From Sulfurovum sp. (GTDB lineage Bacteria; Campylobacterota; Campylobacteria; Campylobacterales; Sulfurovaceae): DNA of 64,000 nt. The DNA lies in NCBI GenBank assembly GCA_002733215.1, contig NVUY01000015.1, forward strand, positions 324 through 64,323, in the 5' to 3' direction. This document shows positions 18,564-28,624 of the stretch, one piece after another (positions within the stretch are counted from its first letter, which is position 1; each line of letters starts with the position of its first letter). The position numbers and the translations under genes are program-made. The notes below the pieces were generated by a model. The model saw only the letters and a list, made by a program, of their open reading frames with translations. It was not told the origin of the DNA and ran no database searches.

Positions 18564-20516
18564 TTATCCTATGGTCGTTCCGGCTGTTTTAGGCTTTTCA
18601 GGGCGTATCATACAGAGACCGTTTTCATCTTTGGCTGCAAGAAGCATACCTTCACTTTTAAGACCCATCAGTTTAGCCGGTTTGAGGTTTGCTACCACAC
18701 AGACCTGTGTGTTCATCATATCGTTTGCAGAGTACCACTCTTTGATACCTGCAACTACTTGTCTAGGCGCATCTTCACCTACATCTACTTGCAATAAAAG
18801 AAGTTTTTTGCTTTTTGGCACTTCTTCGGCCTGTACTACGGTACCTACTTTAAGAGAAGTTTGGAAAAACTGGTCTATGCCTATGAGGGCTATACCTTCT
18901 TCTTTTGTCTCTTTTTTCCCTTCTTCTTTTTTTGATGCTTTTGGTTCAGGTTTTTTATCTACAGGTTCCATTTGTTCGAGCAGAGGTGCTTCTATACGCG
19001 GGAAAAGAGGATCTATCTTCTCCAATACAAAAGGTTCAAGCAGTTTTCTCTCTTTAACCAGAGCGTTCCAGGAATCATTGTCTATGCTGAAGTGCAGGGC
19101 ATTTGAAATTTTGGTACATACTGCCGGCATGACGGGGTAAAGCATAACAGAGACTTTTGCCAGGATCGCAGCGATCAGTCCGTTAAGCGCCATGGCTTCT
19201 TCTTCTCTTCCTTCTTTCATCAATGTCCATGGCTGATACATATCGATGGCTTTGTTGGCTACTGTGAGTGGTCTCCAAAGCTCTTCCAGGTATTTGTGTA
19301 TCTGCATCTCAAAGAGGAGCGGCTCAAGCTTGTCAAGTGAGGCATGTACTTCATCCAGTTCAGCCTGATAATATTTAGCTACATTGACAGAGTCTACTGA
19401 CCCTTCGAAGTATTTACCGGACATACCTATGAGGCGGTTCAGTAAGTTACCAAGATCATTTCCCAGGTCAGAGTTGATGCGGTCAATGAGTGCTTTTTGG
19501 CTAAAGTCACCGTCGCCGCCAAAAGGTACTTCTCTCAGCATGAAATAACGGAAGTTATCGAGTCCATAGGCATCTGCTACTTCTCTGGGGTTCACTACGT
19601 TACCTTTAGACTTGGACATCTTTTCACCATCACGTGTCCACCAACCGTGCGCTGCGATGTGCTTGGGAAGAGGCAGATCAAGACTTATAAGGAATGCCGG
19701 CCAGTAGATTGCATGGAAACGTAAAATATCTTTTCCTATGAGTTGTACACGTGCAGGCCAGAGGTCCATGTTGGCATCATCTGTACCGTAACCAAGAGCC
19801 GTGACATAGTTCATCAGCGCGTCAAGCCAGACATACATGACGTGTTTAGGGTCATTCATCTCTTCAGGAAGTTTAACACCCCAGTCAAAAGAGGTTCTGG
19901 TAATGGAGAGGTCTGTGAGTCCACCTTCCACAAAACGGATCACTTCATTTCTTTTAGATCTTGGCAAAATGAAGTCGGGATGGTCTTCATAGTATTGAAG
20001 CAGTTTGTCCTGATAGTCTGAAAGCCTGAAGAAATAACTCTCTTCTTCTACTACGGTAGTGCTTTTTCCACATTCAGGACAGAACTCATCATCTACCAGT
20101 TGAATGGAAGGGAAAAAAGTTTCACAAGAGATACAGTAGTGTCCTTTGTACGTATCTTTATAAATGTCGCCATTCTTGTGCATGGTTGAAAAAGCTTTTT
20201 GAACGCCTTTCATGTGGTCAGCATCGGTAGTTCTGATGAATTTATCGTAAGAGATGTCAAAATCATCCCAAAGGTCTTTGAATGTTGCGGATATCTCATC
20301 TGCATAAGTCTGGGTAGTTTTACCTCTGGATTTAGCAGCTTCTTCTATTTTCTGGCCGTGTTCGTCTGTACCTGTAAGAAAAAATGTTTCAAGACCTGAC
20401 ATGCGGGAATAACGTGCAAGTGTATCTGCGATGATGGTTGTATAGGCATGACCGATATGGGCAATGTCATTAACATAGTAAATGGGGGTTGTGATATAAG
20501 CTTTTTCACAAGACAT
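18564..20516 (-). CDS. metG: methionine--tRNA ligase
   Basis: YITTPIYY, HIGH, KMSKS and C-terminal tRNA-binding domain. Confidence 0.98.
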   Translation of the reverse strand: MSCEKAYITTPIYYVNDIAHIGHAYTTIIADTLARYSRMSGLETFFLTGTDEHGQKIEEAAKSRGKTTQTYADEISATFKDLWDDFDISYDKFIRTTDADHMKGVQKAFSTMHKNGDIYKDTYKGHYCISCETFFPSIQLVDDEFCPECGKSTTVVEEESYFFRLSDYQDKLLQYYEDHPDFILPRSKRNEVIRFVEGGLTDLSITRTSFDWGVKLPEEMNDPKHVMYVWLDALMNYVTALGYGTDDANMDLWPARVQLIGKDILRFHAIYWPAFLISLDLPLPKHIAAHGWWTRDGEKMSKSKGNVVNPREVADAYGLDNFRYFMLREVPFGGDGDFSQKALIDRINSDLGNDLGNLLNRLIGMSGKYFEGSVDSVNVAKYYQAELDEVHASLDKLEPLLFEMQIHKYLEELWRPLTVANKAIDMYQPWTLMKEGREEEAMALNGLIAAILAKVSVMLYPVMPAVCTKISNALHFSIDNDSWNALVKERKLLEPFVLEKIDPLFPRIEAPLLEQMEPVDKKPEPKASKKEEGKKETKEEGIALIGIDQFFQTSLKVGTVVQAEEVPKSKKLLLLQVDVGEDAPRQVVAGIKEWYSANDMMNTQVCVVANLKPAKLMGLKSEGMLLAAKDENGLCMIRPEKPKTAGTTIG

Positions 20517-20665
20517 GATTGTTCCTTAAACAAATGAGTTTGTAGAGTTATTTTAGACGATATTTTAGCCAAAACGTGCTGTGTTTTCGGTGATTTTATG
20601 AAATTATAAATTTGTAACAGTTATAATATAAACCATATAACTATGTTTAAAGGAAGAAGATACAT

Positions 20666-21181
20666 ATGGATAGGGATGACAGTGCATATTTAGATATACC
20701 GGGAGTGGGGGATAAAGAAACTTACAGTGTTGCAGAAAAAAAACTCATTATGCATAGATTGAATGAGGAAAGACGCATTCATCAGCGTGTACAGGAAAAA
20801 TTAGACCGTAAGATAGAAGCCTATACAGAAGAAGAAAAGCAACAGGTCTTACATCTACTCAATGAACAGAGACTGAGCATACAAAAACGTGAAGAGATAA
20901 AAAAGAAACGAATAGAGAAGAAAGAAAAATATACCTTTAATCATAGAGAATTTTACAAATTCACTAAAATGGAACGGGAATATTATATAGAGGTCAAAGA
21001 GTGTGATAGGCTTACAAGCAGACCGGTTATCCTTACCCTGTATTATAAAACATTTGAGGAGTTTAAAAAGAAAGATGTGTTGATAAAAACAGAGTTATAT
21101 TCTCCTAAATTTTTTGTCTCTTATAACCCTATACGTGTCTATTCTAAACAATACTCTCTTGAAGATGAGAAAAAAAAGTAA
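20666..21181 (+). CDS. hypothetical protein
   Basis: AAGGA RBS; charged, with a duplicated helix motif. Confidence 0.7.
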   Translation: MDRDDSAYLDIPGVGDKETYSVAEKKLIMHRLNEERRIHQRVQEKLDRKIEAYTEEEKQQVLHLLNEQRLSIQKREEIKKKRIEKKEKYTFNHREFYKFTKMEREYYIEVKECDRLTSRPVILTLYYKTFEEFKKKDVLIKTELYSPKFFVSYNPIRVYSKQYSLEDEKKK

Positions 21182-21183
21182 AG

Positions 21184-21447
21184 ATGTATTATGTCTACAT
21201 GGTACAGTGTGCCGATGATACCCTTTACACAGGTATCTCTACAGGATTGGAACGTCGCATAGAGGAACACAATAGTTCTGATAGAGGTGCCAAATATACA
21301 CGGGTACGACGACCTGTGACATTAGTCTATAGTGAAGAACACCCGGATAGAAGTAGCGCATCAAAACGTGAATATGAGATTAAAAAGAAGATGAATAGAG
21401 GAGAAAAGTTACTTATGATAAAGGCTAGGAGTCAGTCGGACTCCTAG
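21184..21447 (+). CDS. GIY-YIG nuclease family protein (UPF0213 type)
   Basis: YVYM...LYTG...R...HN...GAKYTR...REYEIK. Confidence 0.92.
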   Translation: MYYVYMVQCADDTLYTGISTGLERRIEEHNSSDRGAKYTRVRRPVTLVYSEEHPDRSSASKREYEIKKKMNRGEKLLMIKARSQSDS

Positions 21448-21450
21448 GGG

Positions 21451-21648
21451 TTAAAACTCGAATCCGCCTCCGGCACCTTTACTCATGCTGTCATAGACAG
21501 CTTTGATGTAAGCGTCCCGTACGGTACAGTCAAGTAATTTATCACATTTCATACAGCTTTTGACTTGATGCTCAAGCTGACAGGCTTCCAGTTCAGACTT
21601 TTTTCGGACAAGGGCTATCTTCCATTCATCAAGTACTTCTTCAGACAT
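21451..21648 (-). CDS. small conserved Cys-rich hypothetical protein
   Basis: Coupled to fbp; CQ...SCxxC...C; GGFEF end. Confidence 0.8.
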   Translation of the reverse strand: MSEEVLDEWKIALVRKKSELEACQLEHQVKSCMKCDKLLDCTVRDAYIKAVYDSMSKGAGGGFEF

Positions 21649-22499
21649 TAGATCTTTATCCCGTAGGCTGATCTGAGTGCTTCGATCTCATAGTTGGAAC
21701 CAAAGAAACAAGGGCTTGTGTCGTGGGGATGACTTGGTACTAATTCCATGAGTCTCATGCCCTTGTCATTAATGGCCTGTCCACCTGCCTGCTCGTAGAT
21801 AAAGGCAAAAGGGATCACTTCGAAAAGCTGTCTGAGTTTGCCCTGTGGCTTGTCTGAAGTACCTGGATATGAAAAGATCCCGCCCCCTTTGAGAAGTATC
21901 TGGTGAAGGTCCGGAACCATACCTCCGGAGTATCTGAGACGGTATCCTTCTGCAAAAAGACCATCCACAAAGGTTTTATGCTCCTTATCCCAGTTTTGCT
22001 GTGTACCGCCCGGTGCATTGAGTTTTCCTTTTTCATCCAGTGTGATCTCACAGATGAAGCTAAAAAGTCCTTCTTTAGCTCTGTAGTGTTTTGGCTTAGA
22101 TCCCTTGGTCGCAAGTACAAGTTCAATACGCGGACCATACACAACATAGGCAGAAGCCACAAGGTTTTCAGCTTTCAACTCTCCTTCGTAGATACCGAAG
22201 ATGGATCCTACTGAGAGGTTGACATCTGCCAGACTGGAACCATCCAGGGGGTCATAACAGATCGTATATTTTCCATCATCATGCAGTTCCATGACACCTT
22301 CTTTCTCTTCACTGACCAATGCTTTGACGAGAGAGATATCTTTAAATGCCTCTTCGATGATGTAATCACTTTTTACATCAAGTTTGAGTTGATCTTCTCC
22401 TGATGAATTTGAACTGTCACAGTAACCCAAATCCTCATTTTTGATTTCATGGTCAATTTTGATGGCAATGTTCTTGATGGTATCAAATATAGTTAACAT
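21648..22499 (-). CDS. fbp: class 1 fructose-1,6-bisphosphatase
   Basis: [19 protein letters not shown] and GKLR. Confidence 0.97.
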   Translation of the reverse strand: MLTIFDTIKNIAIKIDHEIKNEDLGYCDSSNSSGEDQLKLDVKSDYIIEEAFKDISLVKALVSEEKEGVMELHDDGKYTICYDPLDGSSLADVNLSVGSIFGIYEGELKAENLVASAYVVYGPRIELVLATKGSKPKHYRAKEGLFSFICEITLDEKGKLNAPGGTQQNWDKEHKTFVDGLFAEGYRLRYSGGMVPDLHQILLKGGGIFSYPGTSDKPQGKLRQLFEVIPFAFIYEQAGGQAINDKGMRLMELVPSHPHDTSPCFFGSNYEIEALRSAYGIKI

Positions 22500-22512
22500 T
22501 TATATCTCCTTT

Positions 22513-23010
22513 TTAGATGTTCTTGGCATGTGTGTTGATCCACTCAATGATCTGAGCAGTATTATTTAAGTCCAGTATATCTATACCTTTTGGGATAGTG
22601 TATTGTGTCTGGTCGATCGTCTCATCAATGGCAATGGCTTCGGAACATTCAAAATAGCTCTCATCGATCTTGTTTCTAAAGATAGCGATACGAGGGAGAG
22701 GAAGTGTTTTAAGCCCCTCAACCAGTAAGATGTCAAAGTCACTGATCATCGCTACGATGTCGTCGAGTGTTTTTTCTCGTTGAGAAAAATACGTCGTACG
22801 GGTAGGTGAGGTGATAACCACTTCTGCACCTGTTTGGGAAAATTTGTAGCTGTCTTTGCCTTCTACATCAAACTGTGCTTTATCTTTAGGATCATTTTTT
22901 ATGATAGCGACTTTGCGTTCTTTTATCAATATTTGGGCGATCTTTTCTACAAGGGTGGTCTTCCCACTATTTGACGGACCGGTAAATGCCACAGCAACTC
23001 TTTTATTCAC
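22513..23010 (-). CDS. mobB: molybdopterin-guanine dinucleotide biosynthesis protein B
   Basis: GPSNSGKTT, GKDS and LVEGLK. Confidence 0.93.
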   Translation of the reverse strand: MNKRVAVAFTGPSNSGKTTLVEKIAQILIKERKVAIIKNDPKDKAQFDVEGKDSYKFSQTGAEVVITSPTRTTYFSQREKTLDDIVAMISDFDILLVEGLKTLPLPRIAIFRNKIDESYFECSEAIAIDETIDQTQYTIPKGIDILDLNNTAQIIEWINTHAKNI

Positions 23011-23120
23011 GGTTAACCTTTTAGGGCACTTCTAACAAACCCATTATTCATATTGTGGAGATTATACTTAAATGTTTATTGAATGTATGTTAAAATCTGT
23101 ATTAATCCTGAGGAGGACAT

Positions 23121-23639
23121 ATGCTTAGATCAAGTATTTTATTTATCGGCATTGTCCTTCTTCTTGGCTGTACATCAAAAAAAGAACAGGAATTGATGCA
23201 GGCATACCATGACAAGATCAACTATCATAAACTTTTGCAAAAAACAGAAAAAACACAACTGTATGAAAATAATGTGACTAAAGTCATGTTGACCGCGACA
23301 TACCTTTATACGCCAAATTATGAAAAGAATGATACCCGTGATGAAGTTTTTATCGTAGGTATACACCTGGAAGATGAAGAGTCTGTTTATACTGATACGC
23401 AAGAGTATAATTTAACACTGAATAACAAATCAGTAAAAGAAATTAAAAGTCTTGCTTTAGATGATGTGAGATTGAAAGATGTCTCTTTTGTTTCGGAGTG
23501 GGGTAGTTATTATCTTGTCACTTTTCCCCATGTAAGTAGTAAAAAACTGACTCTGGTTCTTGACAGTGAAGAGTATGGGAAGGGTATACTTCATTTCGCC
23601 AAAGTGGCTAAATATGTATTGAGCAAAGAAACTTTTTAA
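23121..23639 (+). CDS. hypothetical lipoprotein
   Basis: Lipobox LLGC; GAGGA RBS. Confidence 0.8.
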   Translation: MLRSSILFIGIVLLLGCTSKKEQELMQAYHDKINYHKLLQKTEKTQLYENNVTKVMLTATYLYTPNYEKNDTRDEVFIVGIHLEDEESVYTDTQEYNLTLNNKSVKEIKSLALDDVRLKDVSFVSEWGSYYLVTFPHVSSKKLTLVLDSEEYGKGILHFAKVAKYVLSKETF

Positions 23640-23669
23640 TTTAGAGCACCTCTAAAGATCTGCTAATGC

Positions 23670-24944
23670 TTACTTTCTGAACTTATCCGTTGCCGAAGGA
23701 GTTGCGAGTGTTCTTAAAAGTGGAAAGAGACGTGTGGGTACACCCAGTTTATTGAGGTAAATGACATAGTTTGCCAAAACTTTTTTCCCATATTCCCTGG
23801 CTTCAACGTTTTTCATCGTTTCCATACTCATATACGGCTCATACGGACCTTTTCTGAAGTGACGGGAATTTCTAATATGTCTTCTTGTAAAGCCTATACC
23901 GCCATTATAGGCATAAGCGATAAAAAGAGGATGATGAAGATACTTTGTAAGATAGTCAAGATGCCAGTCTGCATACTCTATGGCCTTGTAAGGGCTGAAC
24001 ATCTCATCGAGATCCATTTTCTGCCCTTTTTCCTTAGCGATATGCTTGATAAGAAAGGGCATGAACTGCATCATTCCCAAAGCAAAAGAGCGTGACACAG
24101 AAGCTGGCACAAAACGGCTCTCCTGTCTGGCTATGGCATATATAAGTGCTTGACGTTCCGGAGGCATATGTTTCATCGCCTTACGGTATGGCATAGGAAA
24201 GTATGACTCTGTATAATTACAGGCTTTGGCTTTCAGGTAAGTATAGATACCGATACACTCCTGAGATTTATAATCATCTGCCAGATCATCCAGGTCTACC
24301 CCTGAATACATTTTCTTTTTTATCTTTGCCCATGCGATCGGATCTTCTATATCAAATCCAAAGGTACTGCTTTTCCAAATGGATTCTGTGATCGTTTTTG
24401 GGTATTTGGCATGGGCAGTATCTGCTGCCATTAAAGTATAGATATTTACATGGTGACTGTTGCGCAGCATATCGATATATTTACTGCTTTTTGTACTCAG
24501 ATAGAGCCAGAAGGTCGATCTGTCGATATCATACTGTTTGACATACATTTTACGTGCAACATCGAAGTGTCTTACTGCTGCTTGAGCTTTATTTTGCTGC
24601 ATGAGGGCAAGACCGTGTTTAAAACTTTTATGTGCGTGACTTCTGTTACGCCAGTTTTTATTTGCCGCTCCTGTTGCCTTTATTTTCGGCAGTTTTACAT
24701 TTAAGCCTGTTTTTTTTCTGTATGCCGTACGGAGTTTTTTATTGAGCCTGCTTGCTCCATAAATGATGCTTTTGGCTTCTTTCTTTGTGGTGGTTCTTTG
24801 GGTAAGAAAACGCCAGATATAATAATCTTTTTCTACGCTCATCGGCATACTGTGTACTTGCCGGTAGGTAAATGTTTTACCCAACAGTACGGACGGACTA
24901 AGTAAAAGAGAAAGTAGGATGGCTAAACGTAAGTAAAATTTCAT
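23670..24944 (-). CDS. soluble lytic transglycosylase (SLT domain)
   Basis: IARQESRF, GMMQFMP and AYNGG. Confidence 0.93.
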   Translation of the reverse strand: MKFYLRLAILLSLLLSPSVLLGKTFTYRQVHSMPMSVEKDYYIWRFLTQRTTTKKEAKSIIYGASRLNKKLRTAYRKKTGLNVKLPKIKATGAANKNWRNRSHAHKSFKHGLALMQQNKAQAAVRHFDVARKMYVKQYDIDRSTFWLYLSTKSSKYIDMLRNSHHVNIYTLMAADTAHAKYPKTITESIWKSSTFGFDIEDPIAWAKIKKKMYSGVDLDDLADDYKSQECIGIYTYLKAKACNYTESYFPMPYRKAMKHMPPERQALIYAIARQESRFVPASVSRSFALGMMQFMPFLIKHIAKEKGQKMDLDEMFSPYKAIEYADWHLDYLTKYLHHPLFIAYAYNGGIGFTRRHIRNSRHFRKGPYEPYMSMETMKNVEAREYGKKVLANYVIYLNKLGVPTRLFPLLRTLATPSATDKFRK

Positions 24945-24950
24945 ACTTTA

Positions 24951-25217
24951 TTATCCAAAGAGTACGTTTCTTATAATGATGTCAATAAACTGCAAACCAA
25001 ATATAATAACCAATGGAGACAGATCAATTCCCCCCATCACTACAAAAGGCAGTTTTTTACGTATGAAAGCAAATACCGGTTCTGTCAATCGATATAAAAT
25101 CTGCACCACAGGGTTCTGCGGATCAGGACGTATAAAACTTAAAAATGCAGCAATAATAATAATCCAAATATAGAGTGTTCCTATACTTCTTATAAGTCCG
25201 TAAATTTCAGCTATCAT
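24951..25217 (-). CDS. YggT family membrane protein
   Basis: RLTEP...GGIDLSPL. Confidence 0.93.
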   Translation of the reverse strand: MIAEIYGLIRSIGTLYIWIIIIAAFLSFIRPDPQNPVVQILYRLTEPVFAFIRKKLPFVVMGGIDLSPLVIIFGLQFIDIIIRNVLFG

Positions 25218-26476
25218 GAGGCTACCTCCAGTAGGTATGGTTTAATTAGCGGATAGATATCCGAGAGTTCAGGCCCATGTTGGGCACCTGTTAAAAGTAG
25301 TCTAAGTGGCTTATCGAAGTTTTTACCTTCCAGCCCACTCTCTTTCATCATATGGGATTTAAATTCATCAAAGTCGTTTATCATCGGTGCATTTTGTATA
25401 AGAATTTCCATTTTACGCATCTGATTACCCCATTCATTTTCAAAATCTTTTGCTGCAAAGATAGGCTTTATCTTGGCAATAAGTTCTTTAATTGTACTGC
25501 TTTCCTCAAGGTAGAGCTTAGCCAGTTTCCCGATGTCTGCATCTGCAAATCCAAAGAGCGTAGAGAGTTCTCTATCATCCATACGTTTAAGATGCGCTCT
25601 GTTAATGAAACGCAGTTTATCTATCTCAAAGTTCACAGCAGACTTTGAGATGTTCTCTAGTTTAAACCATTCTATAGCTTCAGGCAGTGTAAAGATCTCT
25701 TTAGGTGCCTTGGGGTTCGTAAGCAATATCAAGTAGTTGATAATAGCATCTGGCAGAAATCCTTTTGCAAACAGCCATTTGACCGTAGTGCTATCATCAT
25801 CTTCAGTATTCAGAATCATAGGCAGGTGTGCATAGTTTGTCTCTGCTTCATACCCTAGTTTGGTTCTTATATGCATCTGCTTTGCGGTATTAAGGAGTTG
25901 ATCTTCTCCTTGAAAGATGAAGTCTACACCGCTTATCATGTCATCACAGGCAGAAGCAAAGTTGTGGGTTGGTGTACCGTCAGTACCTAAGATCACAAAA
26001 GAGTCTACTTCATCAGGAGTGCTAGTGATATCTCCTTTTATAAGGTCATGATACACTATGGCTTCACTAGGTTTTTTGATACGGAGAACAAAAGGGGTAC
26101 CACTCTCTTTTAACTTTGCATGTTCTGATTTATCTACATCAAAACATTGTCCAGAGTAAGTGTGAGCGGCTTCACGTTCTTCTGCTGTACAGGCACAAAC
26201 AAAAGCCTTCCCTTCCTCGAGCAAACGTATAGCAAGTGTCTGATGCATGTGTAAATGTTCACTTTGATGAAAAACACTCTCGTGTTTCAAAGCAAATTTT
26301 TCTAAGATCTGCATGATCTCAGTATCTTTACCTTCTATATTACGCTCTTTGTCTGTATCTTCAATGCGGACGATGAAGCTCTCTTTACGCTGCTGTGCGA
26401 CAAGGTAGTTTAGTATGGCAACACGTAGGGTACCTACGTGCATATCTCCAGTAGGAGAGGTGGCAAATCTTAGCAT
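25214..26476 (-). CDS. gltX: glutamate--tRNA ligase paralog (GluRS2 type) with degenerate active site
   Basis: RFATSPTG, RIEDTD and LRxxLTGxxHGPEL retained; KMSK motif absent. Confidence 0.9.
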   Translation of the reverse strand: MLRFATSPTGDMHVGTLRVAILNYLVAQQRKESFIVRIEDTDKERNIEGKDTEIMQILEKFALKHESVFHQSEHLHMHQTLAIRLLEEGKAFVCACTAEEREAAHTYSGQCFDVDKSEHAKLKESGTPFVLRIKKPSEAIVYHDLIKGDITSTPDEVDSFVILGTDGTPTHNFASACDDMISGVDFIFQGEDQLLNTAKQMHIRTKLGYEAETNYAHLPMILNTEDDDSTTVKWLFAKGFLPDAIINYLILLTNPKAPKEIFTLPEAIEWFKLENISKSAVNFEIDKLRFINRAHLKRMDDRELSTLFGFADADIGKLAKLYLEESSTIKELIAKIKPIFAAKDFENEWGNQMRKMEILIQNAPMINDFDEFKSHMMKESGLEGKNFDKPLRLLLTGAQHGPELSDIYPLIKPYLLEVAS

Positions 26477-26570
26477 TTATATCTTACTCCAAAGGTTTTG
26501 GTTATTAGAGTGTAATTATAGTGGGTTTAAATTAATACCCGAATTTAAATCCAAAGATCACATTCATATA

Positions 26571-27221
26571 TTAAGAGGTGACATGTTCAAACATATCTAA
26601 AACCTTTTTTAAGGTATGATTTTCATCATCCCCTGACTTTGGACAAAAATCAGGATGCACTTTTATGTCAAATTTTTTACAGGTTTCTACAAAATACACT
26701 ATTTCATCTTCTAAATGATTATCATGACTACACAGATAAAATATAGGAAAAGAATCTATAAGGTTTAAAAAATGACTTAGATCATATTCTTTAGATATTG
26801 TATCGTGCTTTTCTTGTAGTATTATGCAGGGTGATTCTGCATAGACTGCATTTGCCTTGCACAAAATACCATGTAAAATAGCCCCATAGCCTCCCATAGA
26901 GTTTCCATACAGATAGATATGATCTTCACATTCAAGCTTTTCGGCGAATTGTTTTATGAGCTTTTGCAAAAGATCTTTGACAAAAAAATCATCCTCCTCA
27001 CCGAGCCAGCATGTACCATTGTTCGCATATTCAAAGTTGTCTAGGGGTGTCAGTATATTCCACATCTTGTACTCGAAATGATTTGCTTCAGCTTTTCCTT
27101 CATCATGTAAGACAACAAGTAATGGTGCAAAATTTGAAAAAAAAGGTGCAGGAGTGAAACGATAATATAGTTTTCGATTATTGGCATCTTCAATATATAA
27201 AAGATCTTCATCATATGACAT
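26571..27221 (-). CDS. alpha/beta-hydrolase-like hypothetical protein
   Basis: PLLVVLH and GNSMGG nucleophile elbow. Confidence 0.7.
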   Translation of the reverse strand: MSYDEDLLYIEDANNRKLYYRFTPAPFFSNFAPLLVVLHDEGKAEANHFEYKMWNILTPLDNFEYANNGTCWLGEEDDFFVKDLLQKLIKQFAEKLECEDHIYLYGNSMGGYGAILHGILCKANAVYAESPCIILQEKHDTISKEYDLSHFLNLIDSFPIFYLCSHDNHLEDEIVYFVETCKKFDIKVHPDFCPKSGDDENHTLKKVLDMFEHVTS

Positions 27222-27459
27222 ATTTTTACCTATACTTTCTTTGGTTTATAATTATTGTTCACGCCGGACTACTTGGACAGCGCCGCCGGTTTATATGTGG
27301 ACAGTGATTCATTGCAGATATTCTCATAGCGATTATAGCACAAGTGTCCAAATGTTTAATTCTCAGACATCAATTTACGCATAGATTCCCCTTTCATTTA
27401 AATTCGGGAAGATTTGGAAAAAGTGTTTGAGTTGATACGCCATTGACTAGAGAACAACG

Positions 27460-27708
27460 CTAATTCACTCTATGTCTCTTACCATTAAATCTCACCACCA
27501 AAGACAATCTAATCTTCTCTTGCGTATCTAACACTAAAAACTCAAAACCATCGATAAGTTGCATCGTTGTTACTAAAGCTTTTGTTTGTTGTGTCTCTTT
27601 CCTTTTTTCTAGTTCCTCATTTTGATAATATTCTATGGTAGATGGAATTTTTCTTTGCACGGCAACGGTTAGCTGATCAAAGAATTCCGATGATATGGGA
27701 TTGTACAT
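27460..27708 (-). CDS. Rof/YaeO-like small protein (putative Rho-binding antiterminator)
   Basis: YxPI....DxL..A and EFLxL...EKIRL pattern; 82 aa; AAGG RBS. Confidence 0.6.
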   Translation of the reverse strand: MYNPISSEFFDQLTVAVQRKIPSTIEYYQNEELEKRKETQQTKALVTTMQLIDGFEFLVLDTQEKIRLSLVVRFNGKRHRVN

Positions 27709-27731
27709 GCTTACCTTTTATGAGATAAATA

Positions 27732-27827
27732 TTAAGATTTTTTTGCTTTTTTTTCTGCACGTTTTTCTTTTAAAGTTTTTTCTGATTTTTTCTTAACTGC
27801 TTTTTGTTTATCTTGACCTTTTGCCAT
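27732..27827 (-). CDS. 31-aa Lys-rich small protein (absent from ORF track)
   Basis: MAKGQDKQKAVKKKSEKTLKEKRAEKKAKKS; RBS AAGGGG. Confidence 0.75.
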   Translation of the reverse strand: MAKGQDKQKAVKKKSEKTLKEKRAEKKAKKS

Positions 27828-27962
27828 CTTATCCCCTTCGTTTTGATTTATGTATCATATAGTCTATACAATCTATACTTAAGGGGACATCAAATAATAG
27901 GTAATACCCACAACATCCCCTTAAACTACTATGGGTTAAATACAATCTAGGTATGATAGCAA

Positions 27963-28490
27963 ATGATAATCTTAGACTTTGAAACAAACTCAACAAACAT
28001 ACATGATGTTATAGAAGTAGCAGCCTTTCGTGTTGCTCTAGTCAACAATGAATATAAAGTTCTAGATACTTTTCATCGCTATTATTTCTCGTTATATGAA
28101 GTAAACCCTCATGCTCTAGCGGTACATAAACTCTCCCCCGATAGACTTGAAAGACTCAGAAAAGGCGTAAGCTATGAAGAGTATTTTGAGGACGATGCGG
28201 ACTTTGTAGCGTTTTGTAAAAATACCACAACATTGGTAGCACATAACATATCGTTTGAGTTAAGACATATAGGTGAGTTGCTTTCATTTGAAAATCATTT
28301 TTGTACGATGAAAGAAAATAAAAAGATAGTTAAAGCGACCAATATCAATGGTAATATAAAAAATCCAAAACTTATAGAGACTTGTAAATATTACCATATA
28401 GATTTTGATGATGAACAGTATCATAGTGCTATTTATGATGTGACTAAGACCTTGGAGATTTTGAATAGGATGGGGGGTGGGGTTATTTAG
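27963..28490 (+). CDS. DEDDh 3'-5' exonuclease (DnaQ-like)
   Basis: LDFET, VAHN and HSAIYD. Confidence 0.9.
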   Translation: MIILDFETNSTNIHDVIEVAAFRVALVNNEYKVLDTFHRYYFSLYEVNPHALAVHKLSPDRLERLRKGVSYEEYFEDDADFVAFCKNTTTLVAHNISFELRHIGELLSFENHFCTMKENKKIVKATNINGNIKNPKLIETCKYYHIDFDDEQYHSAIYDVTKTLEILNRMGGGVI

Positions 28491-28624
28491 TGTAACTGTT
28501 TATAAATAAGCTCAATTCAGCTATTGGTATCAATATCAAGACATATTTGATATACTCTTAATACTGAAATATCGTAATAGCAGGATAAAGTGTTCGTTAA
28601 ATAAATAGTACCCTGAGGATTAAA

